DNA of 45,019 bases, from assembly GCA_964579765.1 (NCBI GenBank), contig CAZOIK010000131.1, positions 1-45,019 on the forward strand. The letters are read 5' to 3'. How positions within the stretch are numbered: position 1 is the stretch's first letter; the number at the start of each line of letters is the position of its first letter. This DNA comes from an uncultured Bifidobacteriaceae bacterium. GTDB lineage: Bacteria > Acidobacteriota > Vicinamibacteria > Vicinamibacterales > CAVVIG01. Made by a program: the position numbers and the translations under genes. Of the stretch, positions 13,905-24,573 are shown in pieces. The notes below the pieces were generated by a model that saw only the letters and a list, made by a program, of their open reading frames with translations, did not search any database and was not told the origin of the DNA.

Positions 13905-15728
13905 TCACCAGCCCGTCGGCGCGCCTTTGATCTGTTCGTCGAGCCATTTGTCGAGCGGCGCGAAGTAGTCGAGGATCGCCGTCGCGTCCATCTGCGTCGT
14001 CCCGGTCATCACGTTGAGTGCCTCGGGCCACGGCTTCGACTCGCCGAGCGACAGCATCGCGTTCAGTTTCTGTCCGGCCTCCTTGCTGTCGTAAATCGAG
14101 CAGCGGTAGAGCGGTGACGTGCAGCCGGCCGTCTTCGACAGCGCCCGATGGAACTGGAACTGCAGGATGTAGGCGAGGAAGTAGCGCGTGTACGGCGTGT
14201 TGTCGGGCACGTGGTACTTCGCGCCGGGATCGAAGAACTCCTCGCCGCGGGGTGAGGGCGGCGCGATGCCCTGGTACTTGAGCCGCAGATCCCACCACGC
14301 CTTGTTGTAGTCGGCGGGCTTCACCTCGCCGCTGAAGACTTTCCAGCGCCACTGATCGATCAGCAGGCCGAACGGCAGGAACGCGACCTTTTCGAGTGCG
14401 CGCTTCATCAACAGGCCGATGTCGCGTGAGGAGTCCGGCGCGGCCTTCAGCAGGCCGATCTTCACGAGGTACTCCGGTGTCACCGAGAGCGCGATGGTGT
14501 CGCCGATGGCTTCGTGGAAGCCGTCGTTCGCGCTGTCGCGGAAGAGCACCGGCTGCATGTCGTAGGCGCGCTGGTAGTAGTTGTGGCCGAGCTCGTGGTG
14601 AATCGTCGTGAAGTCCTCGGCGGTCGGCTCGATGCACATCTTGATGCGGACGTCCGTCTCGAGGTCGATGTCCCAGGCGCTCGCGTGGCAGACGACCTCG
14701 CGATCGCGCGGGCGAACGAAGAGCGAGCGCTCCCAGAACGTCTTCGGCAGCGGCGCGAACCCGAGCGACGAGTAGAACCGCTCGCCGGTCCGCATTATCT
14801 CGAGCGGAGCCATCTTCCGCTGCTTGAGGATGTCGTCGAGCGAGTAGCCCGGGTCGGCGTTCTTCGGCGCGACGAGCGGGTAGACGTTCGACCAGTCCTG
14901 CGCCCAGATGTTGCCGAGCAGGTACGCGGGAATCGGTCCGGACGCCGGCACGAGGTCGCCGTACTTCTCGTGCAGCTTCATCCGCACGTAGGCGTGCAGC
15001 TTGACGTACAGCGGCCGCACCTGATTCCAGAGGCGATCGAGCTCCTTCGTGAAGGCGTCCGGCGTCATGTCGCACTTCGCGCGCCACATCGCGCCGGTGT
15101 CGGCGAACCCGAGTTCGCGCGCGCCTTTGTTCGAAAGCTCGACGAAGCGTGCGTAGTCGTTGCGCATCGGCGGCGAGATCGTGTGCCAGCCTTCCCAGAC
15201 CTCGCGCAGCCGTTTCGGATCGCGCGACTCGGCCATGACCTTCGTGATGTCGTCGATGTTCAGGCACGTGTCGGGCTTCGCCGCGTCCGCGCACCACTTG
15301 CCTTTGCCGTACGTCGATTCGAGCCGCGCCGCAATCGACGTGAGCTCCTCGCCCTCCTTCGGATCCGAGGGCGTCACCATCACCAGCGAGAGCTTGAGCA
15401 GATTGAGCTGGCGGCGCTCGTCGGCCGGCACGGTCACCTTGTCGAACTTCGCGGCCTCCTTCGCGAACGCGGCAATCGCGTCGGTGACGCGCTGGTTCAC
15501 GCGCGCTTCGATCGCTTCGGTGTCGTCGGTGATGAAGTTCTGCTGGACCCAGCCGGCCTGGTTCTGCTCGATCTCGAGCCGCTTCATCGTCTCGTTGACG
15601 CGGTCGAGAAACTGCTTCGCCTCGGCAGGCGCCGGCGTCTCCGGGCCGGTGTGAGACGTTGCGCAGGCAGAGAGCGACAGCGCGGCCGCGACAACGGCTG
15701 CCACGCAGGACGTGCGAACAGTAGTCAT
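13905..15728 (-). CDS. M2-family zinc metallopeptidase (angiotensin-converting-enzyme-like peptidyl-dipeptidase), lipoprotein
   Basis: HHELGHNYY (HExxH) plus a downstream FHEAIGD glutamate motif. Length is ~600 aa. The N-terminal lipobox is AALSLSAC. Confidence 0.85.
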   Translation of the reverse strand: MTTVRTSCVAAVVAAALSLSACATSHTGPETPAPAEAKQFLDRVNETMKRLEIEQNQAGWVQQNFITDDTEAIEARVNQRVTDAIAAFAKEAAKFDKVTVPADERRQLNLLKLSLVMVTPSDPKEGEELTSIAARLESTYGKGKWCADAAKPDTCLNIDDITKVMAESRDPKRLREVWEGWHTISPPMRNDYARFVELSNKGARELGFADTGAMWRAKCDMTPDAFTKELDRLWNQVRPLYVKLHAYVRMKLHEKYGDLVPASGPIPAYLLGNIWAQDWSNVYPLVAPKNADPGYSLDDILKQRKMAPLEIMRTGERFYSSLGFAPLPKTFWERSLFVRPRDREVVCHASAWDIDLETDVRIKMCIEPTAEDFTTIHHELGHNYYQRAYDMQPVLFRDSANDGFHEAIGDTIALSVTPEYLVKIGLLKAAPDSSRDIGLLMKRALEKVAFLPFGLLIDQWRWKVFSGEVKPADYNKAWWDLRLKYQGIAPPSPRGEEFFDPGAKYHVPDNTPYTRYFLAYILQFQFHRALSKTAGCTSPLYRCSIYDSKEAGQKLNAMLSLGESKPWPEALNVMTGTTQMDATAILDYFAPLDKWLDEQIKGAPTGW

Positions 15729-15750
15729 GCTGATGCCCCCAGAACGTGTA

Positions 15751-15771
15751 GCGCGGGCCTTTCAGGGCCGC
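15751..15771. repeat. REP-like hairpin (variant)
   Basis: cgcgggcc-tttca-gggccgcg with one G.G mismatch, preceded by tgtag as in the other copies. It is near reverse-complementary to the copy at 44997-45017. It lies downstream of scoB. Confidence 0.7.
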
Positions 15772-15781
15772 GAATGCCGGG

Positions 15782-16432
15782 TCAGCTGAACGTGCCGAGT
15801 GTCGCGGACACGATCAGCGGTGCGCCCGTCGCCGCCTTCACCGCGTCGAGCGTCGTGTCGGCCGCAATCTCGCGCAGCCGCAGGCCCTCCGGCGTGACGT
15901 CGATCACGGCTTTCTCGGTGACGATGAGGTTGACGACGTGGACGCCGGTGAAGGGCAGCGTGCAGCGCGTGAGAATCTTGTGACCGCCGTCCTTGGTCGT
16001 GTGCTCCATCGCGACGATGACCTTCTTCGCGCCGGCGACGAGATCCATCGCGCCGCCCATGCCCTTGACCATCTTGCCGGGGATCATCCAGTTGGCGAGG
16101 TTGCCTTCCTGATCGACCTGCAGCGCGCCGAGGACGGTGACGTCGATGTGCCCGCCGCGCACCATGGCGAACGACTCGGCGCTGTTGAAGTACGCGCAGC
16201 CGGGCAGCTCCGAGACGGTCTCTTTGCCGGCGTTGATGAGATCCGGATCGACCTCGTCCGCGCGCGGGTACGGCCCGACGCCGAGCATCCCGTTCTCCGA
16301 GTGCAGCGTGATGTCGATGCCGTGGGGGACGTGGTTGGCGACGAGCGTCGGCATGCCGATGCCGAGGTTGACGTAGTCGCCGTCCTTCAGCTCGCGGGCA
16401 ATCCGGCGGGCGATGCGTTCGCGCGCGTCCAT
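15782..16432 (-). CDS. scoB: 3-oxoacid CoA-transferase subunit B
   Basis: [30 protein letters not shown]...[12 protein letters not shown] is the canonical B-subunit sequence. The ATG overlaps the scoA stop (ATGA). Confidence 0.9.
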   Translation of the reverse strand: MDARERIARRIARELKDGDYVNLGIGMPTLVANHVPHGIDITLHSENGMLGVGPYPRADEVDPDLINAGKETVSELPGCAYFNSAESFAMVRGGHIDVTVLGALQVDQEGNLANWMIPGKMVKGMGGAMDLVAGAKKVIVAMEHTTKDGGHKILTRCTLPFTGVHVVNLIVTEKAVIDVTPEGLRLREIAADTTLDAVKAATGAPLIVSATLGTFS

Positions 16433-17124
16433 CAGGCCCTCACCGTCCGCTTTTCGATCCGCTTCTCGTACCGCTCGCCCTGGATGATGTGCTTCACGAA
16501 GATGCCCGGCGTGACGATGTGATCGGGATCGAGGGCGCCCGGCTCGACCAGCTCTTCCACTTCGGCGATAGTCACCGCTGCCGCCGTCGCCATCACCGGG
16601 TTGAAGTTCCGCGCCGTGCGCCTGTATATAAGGTTGCCGAGCCGGTCGCCCTTCCAGGCCTTGACGAACGCGAAGTCGGCGCGCAGCGGCTGTTCCAGCA
16701 CGTAGCCCTTGCCGTTGATGACCCGCGTTTCCTTGCCCTCGGCGACGATGGTGCCGTAGGCAGTCGGCGTGAAGAAGCCCTCGATGCCGGCGCCGCCGGC
16801 GCGCATCCGTTCGGCGAACGTGCCCTGCGGGACGAGCTCGACGTCGAGCTCACCGCTCAGAAACTGCCGCTCGAATTCCTTGTTCTCGCCGACGTAGGTC
16901 GAGATCATCTTCTTCACCTGCCGCGAGCGCAGCAGGACGCCGGCGCCGAACTCGTCTACGCCCGCGTTGTTGCTGATGACCGTCAGGCCCGTCGTGCCGC
17001 GCGCGTGGAGCGCGCGAATCAGGTTTTCGGGGATGCCGCACAGGCCGAAGCCGCCCATCATGATCGACGCGCCGTCGCGCACGAGCGCCGCGGCGGCGTC
17101 CGCGTTGGGCAGAACCTTGTTCAC
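16432..17124 (-). CDS. scoA: 3-oxoacid CoA-transferase subunit A
   Basis: [36 protein letters not shown]...SNNAGVD..G...L.....[12 protein letters not shown] is the canonical A subunit. GTG start at 17124. The upstream ~570 codons of the 803-aa track ORF are an antisense shadow of accC. Confidence 0.85.
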   Translation of the reverse strand: MNKVLPNADAAAALVRDGASIMMGGFGLCGIPENLIRALHARGTTGLTVISNNAGVDEFGAGVLLRSRQVKKMISTYVGENKEFERQFLSGELDVELVPQGTFAERMRAGGAGIEGFFTPTAYGTIVAEGKETRVINGKGYVLEQPLRADFAFVKAWKGDRLGNLIYRRTARNFNPVMATAAAVTIAEVEELVEPGALDPDHIVTPGIFVKHIIQGERYEKRIEKRTVRA

Positions 17125-17145
17125 GGCCGAATTATACTCAGCGAA
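17125..17145. promoter_or_regulatory. 21-bp divergent intergenic region containing TATACT
   Basis: ggccgaattatactcagcgaa separates GTG(17124, minus) from GTG(17146, plus). It contains a -10-like TATACT/AATTAT box but has no room for two Shine-Dalgarno leaders. Confidence 0.3.
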
Positions 17146-18660
17146 GTGAAAAAAATTCTGATCGCCAACCGCGGCGAGATCGCCGTCCGCGTCATTCGCG
17201 CGTGCCGTGAGATGGGCATCTCGCCGGTCGCCGTCTACTCCGAGTGCGATCGCACGGCCCTCCACGTGCGTCTCGCCGACGAAGCCTACGCAGTCGGGCC
17301 GAGCGCGCCCCGTGACAGCTACCTCCGCATCGACCGCATCGTCGATGCGGCGAAGCGATCGGGGGCGGACGGCGTCCATCCCGGCTACGGATTTCTTGCC
17401 GAGAACGAGCAGTTCGCGCAGGCCGTGCGCGACGCCGGCCTGACCTTCGTCGGGCCGACGCCAGAGGCGATCGCGCTGATGGGCAGCAAGACGGCGGCCC
17501 GCAGCGCCGCGAAGCGGGCCGGCGTGCCGCTCGTGCCCGGCGGAGACGGGCCGATCGCCGCCGATGCGACGGACGCGCAGGTCCACGCGCTCGGCGCCGC
17601 AGTGGGCTACCCGCTGCTCGTGAAAGCCGTCGCGGGCGGCGGCGGCAAGGGTATGCGGACGGTGGGGCAGGCCGCCGATCTGCTCGGCGCAATCACGGCC
17701 GCGCGCTCGGAAGCCGGGAGCGCATTCGGCGATCCGGCCGTGTATCTCGAACGCCGGCTGCTGCGCCCGCGCCACATCGAGGTGCAGCTGCTCGGCGACG
17801 CGCACGGGACGGTCGTGCCGTTCGTCGAGCGTGAGTGCTCTATTCAGCGGCGCCACCAGAAAGTCGTGGAGGAGACGCCGTCGCCGGCCGTCTCCCCCGG
17901 CCTGCGGCGCGCGATCACGGCCGCCGCGGCGGCCGTGGCGAAGAGCGTCGGTTACACCAACGCCGGCACCATCGAGTTCCTGCTCGACGAGGACGGCCGC
18001 TTCTACTTCCTCGAGATGAACACGCGGCTGCAGGTCGAGCATCCGATCACGGAAGCGGTGACCGGCCTCGATCTCGTGCGCTGGCAGATCCGGATCGCAC
18101 GCGGCGAGCGCGTCGTCGTCGATCCGGAGCGGCTGCTGACGCCCTCCGGCCACGCGATCGAGTGCCGCGTCTACGCGGAAGATCCCGACAACGGCTTTCT
18201 GCCGTCGCCCGGGCACATCGTCGATCTCCGCGCGCCCGCCGGGCCGGGCGTCCGCAACGACAGCGGCGTCGAGGCGGGGCACGACGTGCCGATCTACTAC
18301 GACCCGATGATCTCGAAGCTCGTCGCCTGGGCCGAAGATCGCCCAGCCGCCGTCGAACGCATGCGACGCGCGCTCTCGGAATACGTGGTCTCCGGCATCA
18401 AGACGACGCTGCCGTTCTTCCTCTGGCTCTTCGAGCAGCCCGAGTTCCGGGACGCGGCCTTTCACACCGCATATCTCGACGAGGTGCTCGCCACGCGCAA
18501 CGGGACCGCGTTTGCCCAGGCGGCGCCGGCCGTCGAAGACGTCGCGGTGATGGCCGCCGCGATCCGCTCCGTGCTGTCCACGCCGCCGGCGAGCGGCGCG
18601 TCGTCCGGTACCGTGGGAAAGTGGAAGGCGCAGGCGCGGTCCGAAGGTTTGCGCGACTAG
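17146..18660 (+). CDS. accC: Biotin carboxylase (acetyl-CoA carboxylase AccC-type) with a ~55-aa C-terminal extension and no BCCP domain
   Basis: [25 protein letters not shown]..., [33 protein letters not shown]. No biotinyl AMKM motif and no adjacent accB. Confidence 0.9.
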   Translation: MKKILIANRGEIAVRVIRACREMGISPVAVYSECDRTALHVRLADEAYAVGPSAPRDSYLRIDRIVDAAKRSGADGVHPGYGFLAENEQFAQAVRDAGLTFVGPTPEAIALMGSKTAARSAAKRAGVPLVPGGDGPIAADATDAQVHALGAAVGYPLLVKAVAGGGGKGMRTVGQAADLLGAITAARSEAGSAFGDPAVYLERRLLRPRHIEVQLLGDAHGTVVPFVERECSIQRRHQKVVEETPSPAVSPGLRRAITAAAAAVAKSVGYTNAGTIEFLLDEDGRFYFLEMNTRLQVEHPITEAVTGLDLVRWQIRIARGERVVVDPERLLTPSGHAIECRVYAEDPDNGFLPSPGHIVDLRAPAGPGVRNDSGVEAGHDVPIYYDPMISKLVAWAEDRPAAVERMRRALSEYVVSGIKTTLPFFLWLFEQPEFRDAAFHTAYLDEVLATRNGTAFAQAAPAVEDVAVMAAAIRSVLSTPPASGASSGTVGKWKAQARSEGLRD

Positions 18661-18694
18661 CAGACGATGTGACAGACTTTCGCGGCCCATTTTC

Positions 18695-19624
18695 ATGGAG
18701 ATGCAGACCATGACCAGACGCTTTGTGTTGTCGTGCGCGGCGCTCGCCGGACTCGTCGTGCTCGTCGCGCCCGCGATCGCGCGCGCGCAGGGCCAGCAGG
18801 ACTTCAGCAAGGTCCAGATCAAGACGACGAAGCTGGCCAGCAACTTCTACACGCTCGAAGGACAGGGCGGCACGATTGGCGTGCTCACCGGCCCCGACGG
18901 CGTCTTCATGGTTGACGCGCAGTTCGCGCCGCTGTCGGAGAAGATCGACGCGGCGATCAAGCAGATCTCCGACGGCCGCATCCGTTTCCTCGTCAACACG
19001 CACGTACACGGCGATCACACGGGCGGCAACGCCAACTTCGGCCGGCTGGGCGCGACGATTCTGGCGCGCGAGAACCTGCGGCGCCGCCTCGAGCACCCGA
19101 ACCCCGGCGCGAACGGCCAGCCCGGCGTGCCGATGGAGGCCGCGGGCCTGCCGATGATCACGTACGACGCGCCGATCACGCTGCACATGAACGGCGAGGA
19201 GATTCGCCTGATTCCGGCGCCGAAGGCGCACACCGACGGCGACACGTTCGTGAAATTCGTGAACGACGACGTCATCATGACGGGCGACTTCTTCCGTTCG
19301 ATTCAGTTCCCGAACATCGATCGGGCGAATGGCGGATCGCTAACCGGTGTGCTCGACGGGCTGAGCGCGGTCATCGCGAACGCCGGGCCGAACACGAAGA
19401 TCGTGCCGGGGCACGGTCCCGTGGTCGATCGCGCCTTCGTCGTCGCTCATCGTCAGATGGTCGAGGCGATTCGCGACAAGGTCGCCGCGCTCGTGCGCGA
19501 GGGGAAGACGCAAGAGCAGGTGGTCGCGGCGAAGCCGACCGCAGATTACGACGCCAAGGTGCAGCAGGCCGGCACGACCGGCGATCGGTTCATCGGTCAG
19601 CTGTACGCCGAGCTCAAGAAGTAG
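18695..19624 (+). CDS. Secreted MBL-fold metallo-hydrolase
   Basis: Signal peptide [27 protein letters not shown] (alternative ATG 18710). Metal motif [13 protein letters not shown]. Confidence 0.8.
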   Translation: MEMQTMTRRFVLSCAALAGLVVLVAPAIARAQGQQDFSKVQIKTTKLASNFYTLEGQGGTIGVLTGPDGVFMVDAQFAPLSEKIDAAIKQISDGRIRFLVNTHVHGDHTGGNANFGRLGATILARENLRRRLEHPNPGANGQPGVPMEAAGLPMITYDAPITLHMNGEEIRLIPAPKAHTDGDTFVKFVNDDVIMTGDFFRSIQFPNIDRANGGSLTGVLDGLSAVIANAGPNTKIVPGHGPVVDRAFVVAHRQMVEAIRDKVAALVREGKTQEQVVAAKPTADYDAKVQQAGTTGDRFIGQLYAELKK

Positions 19625-19665
19625 TGCAGGCAGGAGCGCCTGCGGCCAGCCGTGCGCAGGAGCGC
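19625..19665. repeat. REP-like variant
   Basis: tgcaggc-aggagc-gcctgc follows TAG 19622-19624, then a weaker gcgc-agga-gcgc. It shares the AGTAGTGCAGGC leader with the copies at 8001 and 33119. Confidence 0.55.
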
Positions 19666-19709
19666 GCGGCTCGGCGTCAGTTCGCGGCGGGGGTGGGGCC
19701 CCGCCGCCA

Positions 19710-21002
19710 GTGGAAAAAATGACTCACGAGATTGCTTTCGAAATGGCGACGTCGAGCGTGCGCTACGGCGTCGGCGTCACGCGCGAAGTGGGGATGGACC
19801 TGGCCGACCTCGGCGTTACGCACGCGCTCGTCGTCATCGATCCGGTTGTGGCGAAGTCGAAGACCGGCGACGTCGTGCGCAACTCGCTCGACGCGGCGGG
19901 CGTGAGGTTCACGGTGTACGACAGGATTCGCGTCGAGCCGACCGACGAGTCGTTCCTCGACGCGATCAACTTCGCGAAGGGGCTGGGCGGCTTCGACGCC
20001 ATCGTCGCCGTCGGCGGCGGATCGACGATCGACACGGCGAAGGCCGTCAACCTCTATGTCACGTACCCTCCCGCGGATTTTCTCGACTACGTGAACCCGC
20101 CGATCGGCAAGGGCCTGCCGGTGCCGGGTCCGGTCAAGCCGCTCATCGCGATTCCGACGACGGCGGGCACCGGCAGCGAGACGACGGGCGTGAGCATTTT
20201 CGACTTGAAGCGGATGCACGCGAAGACGGGCATCGCCAACCGGCGGCTGAAGCCGACGCTCGGCCTGCTCGATCCGGAGAACACGCGCACGATGCCCGGT
20301 CCGGTCGCCGCGTCATCCGGGCTCGACATCCTGAGCCATGCGATCGAGTCGTTCACGGCGATGCCGTACACCGATCGTCCCGCGCCGGAGAGCCCGCGGA
20401 TGCGGCCCGCCTACCAGGGGAGCAACCCGATCAGCGACATCTGGTCGCTCGCCTCGCTCGACATCGTGAACAAGTACTTGATCCGCGCGTCGCGCGATCC
20501 CGGCGACGACGAGGCGCGGGGCAAGATGATCCTCGCGGCCTCGTACGCGGGGGTCGGCTTCGGCAACGCCGGCGTGCACCTGCCGCACGGGATGTCGTAT
20601 CCCGTGTCGGGCAACGTGAAGAGTTGGGTTGCGGACGGCTACTCGACGGATCATCCGCTCGTGCCGCACGGCTTCTCGGTGATCCTCAACGCGCCTGCCG
20701 TGTTCCGGTTCACCGCGTCGGCGAACCCCGAGCGGCACCTGCAGGCCGCCGCCGCACTCGGCGCGAACGTCTCGGGCGTGAAGAAGGAAGACGCCGGCAA
20801 GGTGCTGGCCGATCGGATCACGTGGTTCATGCAGCAGTTGAAGACGCCGAACGGCCTGAAGGCGATCGGCTACACGTCGTCCGACATTCCCGCGCTCGTC
20901 GAAGGCACGCTGCCGCAACACCGCGTGACGAAGCTGTCGCCGCGTCCCGCCGGCCCCGAGGATCTCGCGCGCCTGTTCGAAGACGCGATGACCGCCTGGT
21001 AG
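19710..21002 (+). CDS. Iron-containing alcohol dehydrogenase (hydroxyacid-oxoacid transhydrogenase-like)
   Basis: Fe-ADH signatures GGGSTIDTAKA, PTTAGTGSE and GVHLPHGMSYPV; ~430 aa. Confidence 0.85.
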   Translation: MEKMTHEIAFEMATSSVRYGVGVTREVGMDLADLGVTHALVVIDPVVAKSKTGDVVRNSLDAAGVRFTVYDRIRVEPTDESFLDAINFAKGLGGFDAIVAVGGGSTIDTAKAVNLYVTYPPADFLDYVNPPIGKGLPVPGPVKPLIAIPTTAGTGSETTGVSIFDLKRMHAKTGIANRRLKPTLGLLDPENTRTMPGPVAASSGLDILSHAIESFTAMPYTDRPAPESPRMRPAYQGSNPISDIWSLASLDIVNKYLIRASRDPGDDEARGKMILAASYAGVGFGNAGVHLPHGMSYPVSGNVKSWVADGYSTDHPLVPHGFSVILNAPAVFRFTASANPERHLQAAAALGANVSGVKKEDAGKVLADRITWFMQQLKTPNGLKAIGYTSSDIPALVEGTLPQHRVTKLSPRPAGPEDLARLFEDAMTAW

Positions 21003-21003
21003 C

Positions 21004-22806
21004 CTAGCTGGCTCGCTTGCCGTGGAGGAGCATGTCGAGTGCGTGCTCCATGGATCCGGCGGGCACGATGTCGCCGGCGTTGACGAAGAAGATCTCGTCG
21101 GCCCCTGCGATCGTGTTCAGCCGGTGGGCGATGATGACTTTCGTCGTGGACGGCGGCAGCTTGTCGATGATCTGCTGCAGCAGCTGCTCGGTCACGGTGT
21201 CGATGTTCGCCGTCGCCTCGTCCAGAATCAGCAGTTCCGGATCCCGCAGCACCGTCCGCATGAAGGCGATGAGCTGTTTCTGCCCCAGGCTGATCGTGGT
21301 GCCGCTTGCGGCCACCTTCGTCTGGAGGCCCTCGTCGAACCGCGCCAGCAGCCGATCGAGATTGCGTTCGGCGAAGACGCCCAGCAGCTGTTCGTCGGAA
21401 AGGCCCATGTACCGATCGTTGCCGTACAGGATGTTGTCGCGGACGGTCCCTGTGAAGAGCAGCGGGTCCTGCAGGATGAAGCCGATCTTCCTGCTTCGCT
21501 CTTCTGGCGAACACGATCGGATGTCCATGCCGTCGAGCAGGACGCGTCCGGCCGTCGGGTCGTACAGCCTGGCCATGAGCGACGCCGTCGTCGTCTTGCC
21601 GCCGCCGGTGGGGCCGACGAACGCATACGTTTTGCCCTGTTCGAGCCTGAATGTCGAGTCCGTCAGCACGTTCCGCCCGCCGGGATAGCTGAACGTGACG
21701 TGCTCGAATTCCAGCACGGCGGCATCCGAACGGACGGGCTCGGTGGACGGCATCACGAGCAGGTTCGACTCGAGCGCGAGCACCGCGGAGATGCGGTCGA
21801 GCGCGGCCAGCGCCTGCTGGTACGCCGTCCACACCGCGGCGAGCTGGCGGAGGGGAATGTAGAAGTTGTTCACGTACAAGAAGAACCCGATCAGCAGGCC
21901 GACCGTGAATTGCCCTTCGGTGATGAGCACGATGCCGTAGGCCAGCACCGCCACCTGTGCGAGGTTGTACGCCAGGCCGTAAATCGGCTGGAACACGTTG
22001 TTGGCCAGCCCCGCCCCCACCGACGCCCGGTAGGTCTGCTCGTTCGCGGCGTTGAACTTCCTGCGGAAATAGTCGAGGCGGTTGAACGCCACGATGACCC
22101 GGAAGTTGCTCAGGCTCTCCGTGATTTCCGCGCTCATTCCGCCGAGCGACTGCAGGCTCGCGAGGTTCTTGTGCTTGACCCAGGCGGAGAGCAGCCGCGT
22201 CACGACGAGCACGCCCACGGCGGGTGCCAGCGCCGTCAGGCCGAGGCGCACGTTCAGCGTCAGGATGAAGATCGCCGCGCCCGTCATGAAGAAGAGGTTG
22301 CTCGCGAACTGCATCAGCGACTGCGCGAAGAACACGTTCAGCTTGTCCGTGTCGTTGTTGATGCGCGAGATGAGGTCGCCGGCCTTGTTCTGGTTGAAGA
22401 AGTCGAGCGGCAGCTGCTGCAGCTTGGTGAAGATGGCGTTGCGCAGCTTGTACAGCACCTGCCGCCCGACCCTGCCCATCGACAGGGTCTGCGCGTAGCT
22501 CGCGACGAGGCCGACCAGGTAGATCCCGAGCAGGATCGCGGCCCATTGCAGCACGCCGGCGAAGTTCCCGCGCGTGACGTCGTTGTCCACGGCCCGGGCG
22601 ATGACGACGGGACCGAGAAGACCGGACAGCGAGCTGGCCAGCATCGCCGCGACCGCGATCGCGACGTTGCGCTTCTCGTCGGCCATGAGCGGCGCCAGGC
22701 GCCTCAGCGCCGATCCAAGCGTGGCCTTGCGGGCCTGCCCCTCGCGACCGTCCGGGCTACTGAGCGCGTAGTAGTTCGTAGTGGCTGGTGCTTCGCTGGG
22801 AGTCAT
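21004..22806 (-). CDS. ABC exporter, fused permease/ATPase (heterodimer partner 2)
   Basis: Six-TM N-terminal domain. Walker A GPTGGGKTT, signature LSLGQKQ, Walker B LLILDEATA. The annotated start overlaps the upstream gene by 50 nt. Confidence 0.85.
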   Translation of the reverse strand: MTPSEAPATTNYYALSSPDGREGQARKATLGSALRRLAPLMADEKRNVAIAVAAMLASSLSGLLGPVVIARAVDNDVTRGNFAGVLQWAAILLGIYLVGLVASYAQTLSMGRVGRQVLYKLRNAIFTKLQQLPLDFFNQNKAGDLISRINNDTDKLNVFFAQSLMQFASNLFFMTGAAIFILTLNVRLGLTALAPAVGVLVVTRLLSAWVKHKNLASLQSLGGMSAEITESLSNFRVIVAFNRLDYFRRKFNAANEQTYRASVGAGLANNVFQPIYGLAYNLAQVAVLAYGIVLITEGQFTVGLLIGFFLYVNNFYIPLRQLAAVWTAYQQALAALDRISAVLALESNLLVMPSTEPVRSDAAVLEFEHVTFSYPGGRNVLTDSTFRLEQGKTYAFVGPTGGGKTTTASLMARLYDPTAGRVLLDGMDIRSCSPEERSRKIGFILQDPLLFTGTVRDNILYGNDRYMGLSDEQLLGVFAERNLDRLLARFDEGLQTKVAASGTTISLGQKQLIAFMRTVLRDPELLILDEATANIDTVTEQLLQQIIDKLPPSTTKVIIAHRLNTIAGADEIFFVNAGDIVPAGSMEHALDMLLHGKRAS

Positions 22807-24517
22807 AGATCTGCACGTATTCCGGCGACGTGGCCATCAGGTGCGGGTGGGTGCCGGACGCGAGCACCTCTCCCTCCATCAACACGACGATCTGGTCGTA
22901 GTCTTCGACCGCGGCGACTTTCTGGGTCACCGAGATCACCGTGATCCCGGGATAGTTCCGACGCACGTTGCCGAGAATCTGGCGCTCGGTCGTCGAATCC
23001 ACGCGCGCGGTGAAGTCGTCGAGCAGCAGCACCCGGGGATTGAGCGCCAGGGCGCGCGCCAGCATCACACGCTGCTTCTGGCCGCCTGACAGGCTCGTGC
23101 CCCGCTCCGACACCACGGTGTCGAGCCTGGCGGGCAGCGAGGCGATGAAGTCCTGCAGTTCGGCGGTCGCGATGGCCTTCTCGAGGTCCTCGTCCTTGAC
23201 CGTCTTGCTGAAGGCGATGTTCTCGCGCAAGGTCAGGTTGAACACGATCGTGTCCTGGAACACGAAGCCGATCTGCGCGTGCAGGTGTTCCTTCTGGTAG
23301 TCGTCGATCGTCCGGCCGTCGTACTCCACCGTGCCCGACGTGGGCTTCAGGAGGCCCGTGAGGAGATACAGCAGCTGCGTCTTGCCGGCGGCCGTGGGGC
23401 CGATCACGGCCGTCCGCGTGCCCGCCCGCACTTCGATCGAGACGTTCTTCAGGATCCGCTTGCCCGCGAGCGTCAAGTCGACCTGACGCACGGCCACGTC
23501 GCCTCTCAAGTCGGCGACAACCGTGCCTTCGTCCTTCTTGTCCGGCGCGTTGAGGACCATCGAGAGGCGCATGTACGAGGCGCCCGCCTGCGCCATGACG
23601 TTGCTCATGAAGCCGATCATGATCACGGGGAAGACCAGGATCGACAGGTAGCCGTTGAACGCCGAGAAGTCGCCGAGGCTCATCGAGCCGCGAATCACGT
23701 ACCGGCCGCCCATGGTCAGAATCATGAGCGTGGCGAGGTTCACGCAGAACGTGATGACGGGAATCAGGGCGGCGAACAGTCGCAGGATGCTGAGGCTGAT
23801 GTCCCGCGCCGAGCCGCTCGCCGCCACGAACTTCCCGTACTCGTGCCGCTCGGAATTCACCAGCCGGATGAGCGCCGATCCGAGGATGCTCTCGTTGATG
23901 ACCTTGTTCAGCCAGTCGATCGCCTGCTGGGCCTGCACGAACAGCTTCCGCACCCGGCGGAGGACCACGTTGAACGTGCCGCCGATGATCGGCAGGACGG
24001 TCAGCACGGCAAGGCCGAGCTTCCAGTTGATCGACAGCAGGAGGATGCTGGCGCCGACGATCAGGAAGACCGACGCGATGAGCGACGCCACGGCCTGCGC
24101 GATGAACATCTTCACGGCGTCGATGTCCGAGGTCAGGTTCGTCAGCAGCGTGGCGGGCGTGACCCGCTGGATGAAGGCGTGATCCTGGCGCGAGATCTTT
24201 TCGACCAGGCGCGTTCGCAGATCGCGCGCGACGCGCTCAGACGCCAGCGTCTGCACCACGCTCTGCAGGTACAGGAACACGAAGATCCCGACGGCGACGG
24301 CCGCCAGCTCGATGGCCACGGGGCGCAGCACCAGCCGCCCCGCCGTGAACGCGTCGATGGCGTTCGACACGATCTTCGGCACCGCCAGGTTCAGCGCGTT
24401 GCCGACGACGGTCAGCACCGCGAGCACCGCGATCAGCCCCCGGTAGGGCTGGAGCAGCGCCAGCAGGTTCGGTCCCTTCGGCCGTGCCGGCGTTTTCTCA
24501 GTGCGAGCGTCGGGCAT
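22757..24517 (-). CDS. ABC exporter, fused permease/ATPase (heterodimer partner 1)
   Basis: Walker A GPTAAGKTQ, signature LSGGQKQR, Walker B LLLDDFTA. Six-TM domain. Confidence 0.85.
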   Translation of the reverse strand: MPDARTEKTPARPKGPNLLALLQPYRGLIAVLAVLTVVGNALNLAVPKIVSNAIDAFTAGRLVLRPVAIELAAVAVGIFVFLYLQSVVQTLASERVARDLRTRLVEKISRQDHAFIQRVTPATLLTNLTSDIDAVKMFIAQAVASLIASVFLIVGASILLLSINWKLGLAVLTVLPIIGGTFNVVLRRVRKLFVQAQQAIDWLNKVINESILGSALIRLVNSERHEYGKFVAASGSARDISLSILRLFAALIPVITFCVNLATLMILTMGGRYVIRGSMSLGDFSAFNGYLSILVFPVIMIGFMSNVMAQAGASYMRLSMVLNAPDKKDEGTVVADLRGDVAVRQVDLTLAGKRILKNVSIEVRAGTRTAVIGPTAAGKTQLLYLLTGLLKPTSGTVEYDGRTIDDYQKEHLHAQIGFVFQDTIVFNLTLRENIAFSKTVKDEDLEKAIATAELQDFIASLPARLDTVVSERGTSLSGGQKQRVMLARALALNPRVLLLDDFTARVDSTTERQILGNVRRNYPGITVISVTQKVAAVEDYDQIVVLMEGEVLASGTHPHLMATSPEYVQIYDSQRSTSHYELLRAQ

Positions 24518-24573
24518 GACGCGTCGCGAGGTAAGTAATGCGAATCATAAGCAGGGCTAAGTATTGCACGGTT

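Noticed and set aside
17125-18843. N-terminal ~570 codons of the 803-aa minus ORF (16432-18843)
   Set aside because: Only the last 230 codons match ScoA. The upstream part is antisense to accC, has shadow-like R/G/A/D composition, and ScoA homology begins exactly at GTG 17124.
19683-19706. G/C-rich hairpin cggcgggg-gtgggg-ccccgccg just upstream of the Fe-ADH start, considered as a terminator or riboswitch
   Set aside because: No T-run on the plus strand and no extended conserved structure that I recognise. It is probably another degenerate intergenic palindrome, and I have too little evidence to call a function.
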